Source of the DNA: Phoronis australis
Taxonomy: Eukaryota > Animalia > Phoronida
Direction of reading: 5' to 3'
Assembly: GCA_002633005.1 (NCBI GenBank)
Contig: NMRA01000023.1
Location: forward strand, 116,580-180,579
DNA length: 64,000 nucleotides
Every line of letters begins with the position of its first letter. The stretch's first letter is position 1. Shown in pieces: positions 40,113 to 53,540 of this stretch. Made by a program: the position numbers and the translations under genes. The notes under the pieces are model-generated. The model did not search any database. It was not told the origin of the DNA and was given only the letters and a program-made list of their open reading frames with translations.

Positions 40113-42124
40113 TTAATTAATACATCGTACAGCATACATTTTATGCCAAAGGGTGAGAGCACCTCAAAACTAAACTTCAGTGTGCAGACTGTTTTCAGAA
40201 TAATTAAATTCAGTTCCCGCATTCACTAGTCAACGCTGAATTTTAAACAGTCCCGGCATTTAATGATATATGTTTTTGTAACCATTCATTGGGCTCTCCG
40301 TCTTGTGAACTGATGGTTCTGTCCTTAAACTAGTATGTAAGTTCCATAAAAGATAGCAATTTCATCAACCCTCACGATCACTTTACTTAATCAATGAACA
40401 CTATACCACTGTTAGGCCTACTACAAAGCCGAAATACCCAGTCAATTTGAACGTACATTGCTCCCACTGATCTCCCTATCGCTACGCCACTTTGGCATTG
40501 GTCAGTTCCCGTTTAAAGTATTCAACTACCACTCACAGGGTATTGCATTTTTAGAAACATAGTTCTTAATTGAATCACAGGGTTCAAACGCGTTTCCCCC
40601 ACGAGTGACATTGTCTGGTTTTGCTTTTCTCGCATGAGACTTCTGTTTGCTAAAACTATCCAATTTTGCTTGCATTAAAACTTTGGCTGTTAACACATAT
40701 TCACTTATTTGTATTCATGTGGACTTGCCAGCTGACCAGAATGGAGCCTCTGCCTCCTGGCTACAGAGAAGCCTTTCTTTGCTGTAATAAAGATTCACGG
40801 ATAATTTTGTAATTCAAGTAAAAGGTCTGAAAACTAGTGGTCTGTGGTAATCAAACAGGGACTCTCCAATTAAAATTACATTACATTTAGTTTCAGTCAC
40901 ATCATTTACTCAACTCGGTTCGACAAATGGAGCGTCCGTGTATTTTACATCGATTACTGCCAAACTCGACACGTTCATGTAATATCTCAAGTTTGGGTAG
41001 AGTCCAGTAACTGTCCCTCGGCTAGAAAAGTTTGTTCCAAAACCTCCTCGACCTCCTCGAACACCACACCCCACAATACCCTCGACCTACGACCCTCAAC
41101 CCCCTCGACCCAGCCTACAGACGCTAGACTCAATGTGAGCATAGAACAAGCGCTGACTTGCTGGACCAACAAGTCGGACCCTGAGACTGGCTGGTGTTTC
41201 CCCATTTTCGTTTGCAATTAGGATTGTCGATTCGACAACTTTGAAAGTAAAAAGCAAAAACTCAAACCAAAGACCTACCAAAGTCAGTTACATATCCCGT
41301 TCCCGGCAGAGTGTAATCGTCTCGTCAGCTCTTTCAGTGAATGGCAGAGTGTGTCGCTCAAATGTGGATTTGGCCTAGAAACTCATCTGAGTAAACTACA
41401 TCGTACTCGAGCACACAACCATGGCTTTTCCGAAAGACAATAACTGGAAATTTTGTTCAGCCATGAGTTACGTAACAGCAGATTTGTCCGACTCTGTGCT
41501 AGTTACTGTGTTGCTATATACAGGGTTTCAACTTACGTATCCACTGTTCGTACACTGTACTTATTGTAACTGATCTAGTTATTAAACGTATCATTGTTGT
41601 TTTGTTTTTATTCTTAGAAGTGCTTACAATAGCATGCTGCTTGATGGTCCTTGAAATCCAGGCATTAAACTTTAGACATGATCTGTAAAGTGCCCATAAT
41701 CATAGTCCACATTTGAAAGGGTGTTCCATAGAATGGACGTTTTCATGAACACAAACAAAGCTATTAGGTAAAAGCCTATTCTGGTTGAATTTACATGATT
41801 TATTTTCAGCAAACTAGCCAAAAATGGGAAATAAGTCATTTTATTCCGAAGTTATACAAATTTATATCGTGACTTCCCGTGTGTTCACCCTAACATGATA
41901 GTGGACCAGGTCATTTGAGATGGTTACAGCAGGTCTGTGAATGCATCCTGGATCTTCAACACCAAACCAAATCATCTTAAATGGCAGAAAAACATCAAAA
42001 TTCTATTGCCTATTTCCACACATGTTCAGGGCACAGGGCACTCAACCTGGAAAAGTCTTTCCTTGAGTCAGCACATGGTATTACGTAATATATGTATGTA
42101 CGTATTTATGTATGTATGTACTGC

Positions 42125-42163
<39 letters not shown>

Positions 42164-42244
42164 CATACACACACACGCACACACACAAACGCAAACTCGG
42201 GACCTGTTCCAAGTCCACCTTAAAATTAATTTTGACTAAGTTGA

Positions 42245-43930
42245 AGGAGAATGCCACCCAAAAAACAACCTATTTCGTATCAATTTAGATCGAGTAGTTC
42301 TACTCGACAACGGCACGTTCGGTTGCGATACCTGACACCTGAAGGCAGACGAAGGTGTTGAAATTATCCAATGACGTAATTGGTTTCACACGCTCGTCTT
42401 TTCAGGATTTCAAAACACGAGTTACTAGTGTCAGCTTCTAGCTTGAATTCATCGTTTAACACAAATAAATCATCAAACGTCGATGTCAAACCCTTAAAAA
42501 TACACCGAGTTCTTATATAAACGTGTTCTTTTATTTCGCTCTAACGAATTTACTGGTATTTGGACACACCATAGCCTATGAAGTTCCGCATGCCAGTACC
42601 AAGGTCCGTAGCACTGAGGAGTTTGGGGTCTGTTCGAAGATAAATTCGAAGTGTTCCTCCGTGAACTACAGACAGGAGAACCTAGATCTGTGTTGTTATA
42701 CACTGTAGTTGTGATTTTTTGAGTTCTAAGCACACAAAACCCTTGTTATTCCGGCCAGGAGCTCGGAACCCGATCAGGCCCGTCGCGGCGGCCGGGACTG
42801 GTAGGAACATAAACCTGCTTGAGTTGGAAAGTAAACCTCCAGTCACGAAAGGCTATAATAGTGAGGCAAAGAAATAATGTGAACGTAATTATTTATGTGA
42901 ATTAGGCACGAAACTGAAAATCTACTTACTTTTCGGCGCCCGCGATGTCGGGTTCCCCTTCCACACTGACCGTCAGGGCAAAGGTTGTGCAGTAACAATG
43001 ATTTGAATAATGTATTTGTATTTCTAAATAAAGATTCCCCTAACATGTGACCACAGCATATAAAATCGAATAATTGTTTCACAACAGCTTTCTGTCAGCA
43101 AACACTGAATTAGCATGCGCTCACACGGCCTCGGTGCCCGGTCAATTACCTTTGTTGCCGGCATCAAAAGCCGGTAACGCAGTGGTTTATTCATTGCTGG
43201 CTTCTCAAAACACATGCACTCACGAGCACTCCAATGAATTACAATTTGTATCTAGTGAGATAGACTTTGTTTCAGTTTCATATAAGCATTGGTTAGGATG
43301 AGAATAATTCATTTTGAAACAGAACGCAGAATAATAAACGTCCACTAAGAAGCGGCAACTCCACCCGCGCCTATCCCGAATTAGTCAAGAGCTCAGGTAA
43401 CGAAGACTTCACAGGTCGGATCGTTAGGTTTCATAGATTATCATGCAGTTCGAACCGGAATACATGTACTGATCAAGAAATATTAAAGAGGCGCCGTGAA
43501 CATGCACAGGCAACGGAACATATGGATAGTTCTTGGAAACTCGGAATTCGTCAGAGAAATCACTGTCGACAAAATGCCGGCCACAGACACGGAGATGTTT
43601 CACGGCCTCATACTTGCTATTAACAGCATACCTTTCATTCTTCACTACCGCGAGCCAATTCCTAAGCATTTCGGCGTCTCGAGGAAGTCGAAAAAACGAT
43701 ATACCCGCTTTCTTCGCAGTTTCATAGTTCGTACAAGCGGTAACGATGCACTGCAATATAGCGGCATTCACTCTGCAAACGAACCACTGACGTCGCTGCG
43801 TCGTTTCTCACCTTCCTCATAAGTTAACGCGACACCTCTTGGCAAGGTGAGGTCAACCGTATAAGAGGCGATGAGGATATAGACCGATTACGACGGTAAA
43901 AAGACTAATTAAATCGGGTGGCATTCTCCT
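42245..43930. mobile_element. Non-autonomous Kolobok-type DNA transposon
   Basis: TTGA|AGGAGAATGCCACCC ... GGGTGGCATTCTCCT|TTAA: perfect 15-bp TIR; THAP fragment near the right end. Confidence 0.88.
43424..43771 (-). pseudogene. THAP zinc-finger N-terminus of a truncated transposase
   Basis: CIVTACTN...ISFFRLPRD....RNWLAVV...LRVCGRHFVDSDF matches the THAP C2CH signature; no catalytic domain follows. Confidence 0.85.
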
Positions 43931-45369
43931 TTAAGTATTTGCCTCAATCTCCAAAGTCCCATATTCGGCAGGTTAATTGGCAAAACTAAAATGAAAAAGT
44001 TCTGTCGAACATAATAATCATTTTCTTGTATGCAAACTAAAGCGTTAACTTAAAATTGATTTAAGTTTAATATTTGTCACAGCTAAATCAGCTTTCTTGT
44101 GTCAGGCACCAGGTTTACGGTTGGAAATAGCTGTGGGATAAATGTCTGGAGTTCGAACTAAAGCAGGACGGAAAAATCGAACAAAACTTTGAGTATGATT
44201 TCTACTAAAAATGTTAGGTGTGTTTTGGTATAGTTTAATTTGAATCTCTACTTACGCTTTGTGCCTGTTCATGTTGCATATCTACTGAGCAATATCCAGT
44301 GCTTGATTGGCAGACGACATGGCTACCATTACAATACTGAACATGCTCACCAAACAAGTTCTAGAAGACGATGATGTTTTTAAGTAACCTGAAAGATTAT
44401 TGGAGCGTTCCCTGCTGAAGCCATGATTTTTCAACAAATGCTAGGTATCAATTTTGTCGTTATCGCTTCAGGCTAAATTATCGCTGTCTGCATGGATTGA
44501 ATGACTTTGGCCAATAAAATTGGTTTCAAAATTCCTTATCGTGCTAAAATCAATTTCTGTTACTAACATAAGCATCAAAACCACCGATGGCAAAATTGAA
44601 ACGCTTGGAAGTTTTTGGGTTCAGTCATCTTTAAAATAATTCCAAATGGGCACATGTACGCATTACCAATGACTTAACTTGCTTGCTCGTTCGACAGCAA
44701 TGGTACAAGATCAAATTTATGCAACGCACACTTTGGCATAATCATCCTATCGCACGCATGCAGACTGCTATCCGTCCTTGTCCACTATGGCACAAATGGT
44801 TTGTACGTACATCTAGTGTACTCCTATAGATCAATGCAAGTTTTATTGCAAGAAAACGCATTGGTTCAAGAGTTTCGCACTCACGCGTGTGTCAGAATCT
44901 TTTACCAAGAAGTGTAGCACAATAGAAGGGCCCGGTCCGCCATCTTGTCGATCGCCGTAATGGCTTTTGATCGAAAAATGAGCGCCTCCAGGTACAAATA
45001 AGCAAAACCAACCGAGACCGAACCAGGTAAACATAGATAAATTCATACTTTAATGGCGTTCGACGTGCATTGAAATTACTATGTGATTAAAAATGCGTAA
45101 TGCGTACATTCAGATTCGCTTAAAACCACTGACAATGAAAATGTGTGTTTTAGACAATACAAAAATGTAACAGAAAATAAGATTTTGAGTTTCATTCTCT
45201 TGAAGCTCCCTTCAAGAGCCATGGTTTGGGTTCGTGTTTGAGTTTTAAACAAGCCATATTACCGTTCCTAAGTTCACTTGATACCTCCATGGACTGCATA
45301 ATTTTTTGTGGGGCAGTTGCCCCCAGGTGCCAGCAGAAGGCGGTACATGAGAGGAGTCTATGATATTCA

Positions 45370-45625
45370 AAAAAACAGGTAGCCGTTAAGTGTCTGTTGA
45401 CTCCCTCCCAGGGTGATATATATGAGGAGTGCTAAACAGGTATACGTAGAAGGGCACCAAATGGGCGATGACCCTCTCGCAGGGGATGAATGGGGGAGTG
45501 TAAAACAGGTACCAACCAGGTTGGCGGCAAATGAGTGTTGACCCTCTCTCGGGGGAGTGCATGATAGAAGTGCAAAACAGGTAAAAGCCAAGGGATGTGC
45601 CACGTGGGTGTTGAGTCCCTCCCAC
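45370..45625. repeat. Degenerate ~65-75-bp tandem units with a conserved AAACAGGTA block and a TGA-CCCTC block
   Basis: AAACAGGTA occurs four times (~45373, 45434, 45503, 45576) with variable spacers. Confidence 0.6.
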
Positions 45626-48600
45626 TGTAACGAAGTTCGGTTGCTTAATCCCCGACCATTGACATTATGTGCTGAAGTTGTGATAAGGCTTGGCCCTCGT
45701 TTTGTGCATGACCCCAAGGTCGTTTTTAATGACAGGTGGCCATGCTAGTGTGGTTGTGTCCGAACCGTACTACAGGTATTTTCCAGCTCTTCATTCAGTA
45801 CAAGGTGCTCCCTGCTCTACTGCTCGTTTCATCTCAACCCAACAACTTCGCATAAGTTTGTTCCCTATTGAATGCACAGGCTACAAGAAGTGAAGAAAAT
45901 TGTTTTTTGCAGTACACTGGTAGGCAAAAAGCAAGGAAATTCATCACTACCACAACAATATAATCCATTCCGATGCACTATCGCATCAAATTTTAGAACA
46001 ATCCGTTGTTACTTAGGGGGGGTGCATTCCATTTTGTAATGCATGTACATGCCTTGTGCAAAATTTTTCATTACAAAAATCAATTTTTTTTTTCAAAATG
46101 GACCATCGTAAGCAGCTCAGGAACGTTGTTATCTTCTGTGTATTGCGCTTAAAATAGACATTGTACTTTCCCAATATACGTTCTCGTGAATTAAACAGTC
46201 CAAGTTTTTTATCATTTCGGCTATAGGGAAATATTTTACCAGTTCTTAGTAACTTACAAGTACTTGCTCATCCACTTCAAACCCCACGATAAGTTCGAAT
46301 TACTCATGACACGTTCGAACACGCAGAGAATCCCCCCAGTCACTCACCTAACATATAAAAAGTAATCTCAAACGAAAGCTCTCCGTTGTCCTGTTCAAGC
46401 GATCGTAATAATACGTGTGTCTCTAACCATATGTCCCAAAATCCGAGGTCCACATACTTACAACGTAACGACAAAACACGTTATTAGCTTCAACGGAAAA
46501 TTGACATTTACTTAAGGTGTAACTGATAACGAAAGTAGAAGAAACATTGAACACACAAATCTTTGGAGTGGTGAGAACGCAAACCACCCCTTAGTCAGCC
46601 GGATAGAACTTTATAAGTATTCAGAATAAATTGTTGATGTCAAAGTTAGGTCAAAAGCAAACAACACATACCACGACTTGATAATCAACAAACTTTTTAA
46701 CCTTTGTGCGTCAGTCGGAAGATGTCACCAAAGTATTCACTCCGTAAATTAGAGACCTCTATGTTTTTGCCATATAAGATTACTTTTTCATTTCTCTAAA
46801 GAGTGGGCTGGCTTTCCGCAGAAACTTTATTATTTATGCGGCTAAGCAGTGGAGTGATTGCCGATAATGAACGCAAATCAGCTAATAAAGGAAATACATG
46901 TCGATCATGGGCTATTGAATTGGAGGTACAGTAAGTTTGGTGGATTGTTATTTGGTTATTGCCAAGAAAAAAAAAAATATTTGTTAAGTATAATTTTGGA
47001 AATCAAAATTTCTGTTTCTTACCCCTAATATCTTGTTTTTTGTTTTCTCTGTATCCCATTTGTTTCGTTAATTTCGGATTGTTCTAAAGCCCCATCGACC
47101 TCCCACACCTCACGAACCACGACCCACGACCCCCTCGACCCACAACCCCACGGCCTGTGCCAATAGATGTCTCATTGGGCTTTTTGCATAGTTTATAGTC
47201 GCATTTCGTTGCTGAATGACTTTTCCATTAGACTTTCATGCACCTACACACAAATCTGCTCTGATTCATGTCCGGTGGTCAAAAACAGAAAGTGGCTTAA
47301 GAACATGATCTGAAATAGGGAATTGTGAGCGTCCTATCGTTGCCACGAAAATAGTTCCACGAGCGTTTACCATTGGTTCCGTTCTACTAAACTACAGACA
47401 TATGCTAAACTTTAGGCTTCTCCAGACTAGGACTTTGTATTAACCTCTAACATACTGGGATCTGCTTGAATGTTCTTTTGCAAACAAATTGCAATTTCAC
47501 TGGCCTGACCTATACATGTAGGTCATGTCACTCAAGGGCTATTTTCAAGTAGATAATTAGAATAACCATATAAAGCCTATAGAACTAAAACCAGAGACAG
47601 TCTACTCCACACACATCAAAACCGCTACGCATACCCACAGAATACTCATTCTGTCTCATATCTGTGGCCTTTTCACGTCCACCAAACAGGAAGCGATAAT
47701 CCGGAACATGTGTCAAAAACGAAGACATACAGTGTTCAGCCCAAAATCACTACACCTACTGTAGTTCTCTACCATTGCTAGAGCTGTATATGTAAGCCAA
47801 CACCAGTTTGTGAAAGCAAATTGAAGTTGTTTTGAAATAACATGTTTGAGTGGCACCTGCGTAAAGGTCATAGGTGATAAGTCAAAAGTAATAAGTGTAA
47901 CCTGAACCTGGAAGAAGTTAGGATGAGTTCACAGGATATTAAATAAGCAAATTCAACCAGTAAGTGACGTAATCGGTAAACCCGAAGGACGGGAACGGTG
48001 AGGCTATAGAGTAAACATGACGAAACTGGAATCGGAAGTGACGTGCAAAGTGGAAGTGGAACGTCAATGAATGCTGACATCATCAATTTTGTATTGCGTG
48101 ACACTGTCAACCACTCGGAAAATCAGTATTCAATAATCAAAAGGCGTTATGTTTGAATGTGTTAAAATTCTGTGAAATGTTGACTCCGTTATATTGTATA
48201 CACCAAAATTATTATTCTTTTTTCGGTTTCATATTTAAACAATGGATGACGCAACCGCGTTACCCATGAAAACACCAGAATAAATAAGAAAACCTTTGTT
48301 GATTCAACGCGTAGTAACATTTAAGTAGGTTCTAAATAGACTCACACCGCAAGCATCCTCACACCGGGTTAGCGTCTTCAAGGACAATCCATACAGCACG
48401 CGCGCTTAACTGAACCGAAATAGAACTGCATATATAAATGCCAAATTGTACATTCTTGATGGTAAGGACACTAACTAAGAGTGCTTTACACGGGAAAGTT
48501 TAAATTATAACGACTCTTATGACAATGAGGTTTACATTCCAGGCTTTTAGTGAGCACAACTCTCATTGGCTAATGTCTGGTTAACGAAGTTGACTTACAT

Positions 48601-48735
48601 GTACATGTACACTGGCCAATGAAAAACAAGGTCATGTACAGAAATCAACATCAAACGTCCACTAGACCTAATACGGTAGATTTGCATCAATCAATAATTG
48701 ACTGGTATGTAAAAACCAGGATTACTATGAAAATG

Positions 48736-48813
48736 CCCGAGTGCATTTTGGAGAATTATTGCCCGAGGGGAGTTAATCCCGAGGGTGATAATTCTCCAAA
48801 ATCCACAAGGGCT
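48736..48813. repeat. Palindrome with central CCGAGG repeats (Crypton-like non-autonomous terminus)
   Basis: gtgcattttggagaattat...cccgaggg...cccgaggg...ataattctccaaaatccac; the Crypton label is inferred. Confidence 0.5.
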
Positions 48814-49922
48814 CTAGATAACGGGGGATAACGACTTCGCCATGTAATAATCTATATTTATCGCAAGTATTCAGCCGTCACTTCCGGTGGCACTACTATA
48901 TGTATAGCGTGTTAACAATGTTTAATGGATTGAAACATACGATTCCTGTCAGATTAGTTTCGGTGCAAAATTTGCATTCTTTACAGAATACATCAGGTGT
49001 CCTGAAACGTGGTCCTATGTTTAGTTAGTAATTTCTCAGCAACTTACCAATCAGATTTGTTGAAATTTTCACAATGTATTTTACACGTTTTCATCAACAA
49101 GTGTACAAAGTATCACAGATAAATATAAAAAATATGGAAGTACTTTTAATAAAATCAAATGTGCTATGACGGTAAGTGATAAAATTATATATTACCGTCT
49201 CTGTAAAAATGAAAACTGATAGAATTATAAAAAAATGTAAGAAGAGAATAACTAAATGTCAATATGACTTCTCTCAAAAGGTATACATGGAGCTTCGACT
49301 ATATAAGTAAACTGATGTAAAAAATAAAAGAAATAATCTTATAGTACAATATCTTACAATTGTGGTTGTCTATATGCTGTAAATTGCTAAACTGACAAAC
49401 CAGCATAAAAACTTCGTCGTAGTCTCTACCGCAGAATACGTCCATTGCAAACATTCCAGAAAATGGTACTGTTAGGGAACTAGTTTACATAAACACACCT
49501 TTCAACATTGATGACAAGTCAAATAACTTATCAAAAAGCATGCAATTCGATTTTTTCGTTGGTAAATGAACCTTATGTCTATAAAACTGATTATTAAATA
49601 GTATGTTTTATTTGAAATGCACATGAATACCCGAAGAGGTATACCACTCATTGCTGAGACACCTCCCATAGTGCCAGGTTTGCTAATACCGATCCCATTA
49701 AATTGCGTGGAATAGAAAGACGGCCAGCTTGCGTTGGCGGGACTGAGAACAAGGGCCTTTTGGTTGATAGAATTGACAATTATGGGCCTATTGGACCCCG
49801 TTTGGGTCTCGCAAAACGTGCTGAAAAAGTACCGCCTACCTGCAATTTTGGTAACACGTTATCAATATGAGTGACCTCTCTGGCATTTATAGTAACCATA
49901 TGCTGTATCTCTATTCTTGAAG

Positions 49923-50551
49923 GCACGACACATACGGGACATATATTGGTGAGACAAAAAACGCTCAGCATGGTTTCATTGTCTGTTGTGACAGCGGTTG
50001 GATAGTAATTCAGCGGAGGTTCGACGGCAGTTTGGATTTCAACAAAGCGTGGGTGGACTACAATGTTGAGGTTTGGAGAACTAATCGGCGAAATGTGGCT
50101 TGGTAACGACAACATTCACTACATCACCCAGCGGGCTCAGTATAAAGTACAGTATATTATGACGTTATGGGATGGTGCGCAATTTACACGCGATCACAGC
50201 GCGTTCGCAATTGCGAAAGAGACCGGGAAGTACAGGATGACAGTGTCATCTGTGTTGCAGGCGAACGTGGTAAAATCGAGCATTGAGCAGTTCAATGGCA
50301 TATTCACCACACTCGACTCGGACAATGATGATTACCCTGACAATTGCGCTATTCAAAATGAGGGTGGGTGGTGGTTCAAGAAATGTAGTAATGTTTGCCT
50401 CAATCAACGCTACTCCCTCCACGGTATATGCCCTTTTAAAGATGTAAAAAGGTGCATGAAGATAAAGCATTCCATCATGAAAATAAAGAAGGTTTTAAGG
50501 TCATTCCACATGGAAGAAAGAAATATACCGACACCAGATGAATTAAAATAA
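49923..50551 (+). pseudogene. Diverged FReD exon pseudogene
   Basis: Homologous acceptor ttcttgAAG|gcacg; -1 frameshift near 49953 giving an in-frame TAG at ~50003, +1 frameshift near 50068; ancestral stop TGA changed to TTA; motifs GEMWLGND, FTTLDSDND, GGWWF..C retained. Confidence 0.85.
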
Positions 50552-53349
50552 ACGCTTCTTCAACTAAATTCTCAAAATAAAGGATTTCTTTACTATATGT
50601 TGAAACATATATTGCTCAAAGAGTGAATGAACAGGCGTGAAAGCTGCTTTTAAAAATTGGCATAGGAGGGTTCTCAATATGATATATTTGTAACTGATTG
50701 GAATTGCAAATAAGTATTCATAAATCTTCTTGGAACACAGATTTGTCTGAATTTTGCAAATGAAAAACTTTCCTGTATCTGCAGTTGCGATGCCCTACAG
50801 AACCAAAATATCATAGTATCGAACACAGAAAATAGTCTGGTAATGAATAAAATTGAGAACTACACACGAAAATATTAAGAGTTATTCCACGTGAAACCAT
50901 AAATCACTCTAGGAGCCATCTTTTAGATATAGCTTAATATTTGCGTACGTGATCGTGGTTTGATTCTGATACAAAAGTCTTCAATTTGGTCGTTATGATC
51001 GATTTAGGTGTTTTTAGTTTTGGCCTTTAAATGTTCACGAAGAAAATCACACTTTTTTGCATTCCGACAACAATAATTTTACAATGTTAAAACAGCTAGA
51101 TTGCATGCATTGTAATATAATACGTAATGGGATTAGGGCGCTGGACATAAGGACTACCATAGAGTATTAGTACTAATAATTTCGCTGCATTGATCACGTG
51201 GCAGAAGGAGGCACTTTTAATAGTGTTGAAAGTGGGTGTAACTGAAGTACTTCTACAAGCCAGTTTGCAAGGCTGTGGCCATTGAATTATTGCTAGATCT
51301 TGGTTGGGTGAACAAATTTAAGAATCCTTTCGAACGAACTTTTTCACTTTTTGTTTTATATGTCCCAATTTTGTGTATTTTCATGTTTTAAACGAATGCT
51401 TATTTGACTTAATTACATCTAAACTGAAAATGGATTCAGGAAGAAATAATTACTGCTAATCATTGTACATGTATTTGAGGCGATAATGCTGTCTGACATA
51501 TCCATACCCCATTTCACCCGTTTAGGATTCGTAACTGACCGTGTGTCAGAGATTATGCAGGCAAAGGTGATAACTTATTTGCCTTGTGGCAATGCTCATC
51601 ACGGTTGGCGTACTGAAAATTCTGAGGCCTGAATCAGAGGAAAAGCATCGCTTTTATGTCTTATATTTTGACTCATTTTTGATCGGGTGGGTCATCTTGG
51701 ATGTCAGCGGAATAGGTTATGAGTGCAAAATAGCTTTTAAGTAACCTTAAAAATGAAGTTTTTGGCGGAAAATAACTTAATGAGTTGTTGAGGAAAAACT
51801 TAAGTTTTCTGAAAACAGGTTTCTGTGTGATCAAAATTTATGTTTTCAAATTTTTAAAATTTGAATATTATGGGATATTTGATTTTTATTGCTGGAAGTT
51901 TTTTCAGTTAATTTTCCAACAAAAAATTATTGTTTGTTTATGCAGAACCAATTGTTTAATTAAAATGTATGCATGTAAAATGTTTCCTTTGTGTCGAGTT
52001 ATTTCCGTAAAGCCACCGGAATTCGACAGTCGTGGAAGAAAACGACGGTTGTCGGCTAGCCCACGACAACTAGGTTGATATACATGTAGCTACTCGCAGA
52101 GCCTATAAGATGAAATGTTCCGGAATTGGGGAAGTCAGGTTACAGCCAGAGAGCAGTCTAAAATCGATTGGCTACAAACGGCGCTGCGATTGATGTCCAA
52201 CATGAAAAGTGCAGTTGTTATGATCACCGTCAGCCATTCACGCTGTCACATACCGACATGGACAGTTATCTGTGTGTGGATTATCAAATCTATTTATTCT
52301 AACGTATAGTATTATACTGCCCGTCGTCCTTGGAAGAACAAGAAATCCAAAGACATGCATCGAAACAATCGCCATAGTGATGTGGCTGTCAACACCTACA
52401 TCGGTTTCAGTGTTTATTTAATTTAATGCTGCTATCAGTGTTTGAATTTGAAACGAATACCCTTATGAGATATAAGCGTTTTTCTTCTTTTCTCTGCAAG
52501 TGTGCAAAAATTCCCAGCAAATATATACGAACGAGAAAAAGTAGCGTGGGGCATTCATACCGAAAATTACCGCGCACTCAGCCTGGAAACGACTAAAAAG
52601 GACCTCTTCTAGTAAAGGCTAGCAGATCTACGCGTAGGTAACAAAATCTTCTACTCAAGTCACTCATCAACATAATAGGATTACGAAATATGTAAAACCG
52701 GAAACATATATCTATTGCCACAGGTCGTGGGTCGAGGGGTTGTGGGTCGAGGGGGTCGAGGGTATGTGGGGTTCGAGGGGGTTTTAGAACAATCTTCAGA
52801 GATCTCTTTAAATCACCAATGGATTCTCTCGATAAGTATTCTGGTTTGACACCCAATACTGATAAAACTGTATGTGGATTGGTTCAAAGATAAATGTAGG
52901 TTTCCCTAAAAAACTTTGCTGTGAAATAGTTTTAAAATGTACAAGTTCCCAATTCACATCCTTTGGAATTATCTTCTCTGTCAATTTTTAGAAAATGATT
53001 CATTTAAATTACGGTGCAATATTGAAAGAGATTAGAAATGGCTTTAAAATTGGTCAAACAGAAATTAGACCACTATTGGTAAGATAACGGTTGTCAAATC
53101 TTTTATAGACAAAAGCTGATTCAACTTTGTGCACAATTACACTTCCAGGTGCTACATTTTTATCTGACATTGACAAATTAGTTTTTAATTATGTATTTTG
53201 TAATTTAATTGATGAGTCTCTTGAAAGATATCTCATCTACATTGCGTGATTTGTTAAAGCTATTAAACTGACTTGGATTTGGAGATTCTTAAAAACTTAT
53301 AATCGCATGGTTTCCTCTTGGCTAAATATTTATGTGAAATTGTTCCTAC

Positions 53350-53540
53350 TGTTGCCGTGAGAATAAACGAAGAGGATACAATAGTAGAGTTTATCTTTGT
53401 TTTTCTCTCCGTGGCCCAAATGTGACCCATGAACACTTAGTGAAAATAAAGTCCGAACACCATACAAAAACGTGATAGTATCTAGTCACCAAAAACAAGA
53501 AAACACAAAATTACCAAAATGGCTGACCCGGCTCGAAACA
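53350..53540 (-). mobile_element. Putative 3' LTR of the BEL/Pao element
   Basis: TGTT...AACA ends; preceded on the minus strand by the PPT-like GGGGCCGA, downstream of the integrase end. Confidence 0.55.
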
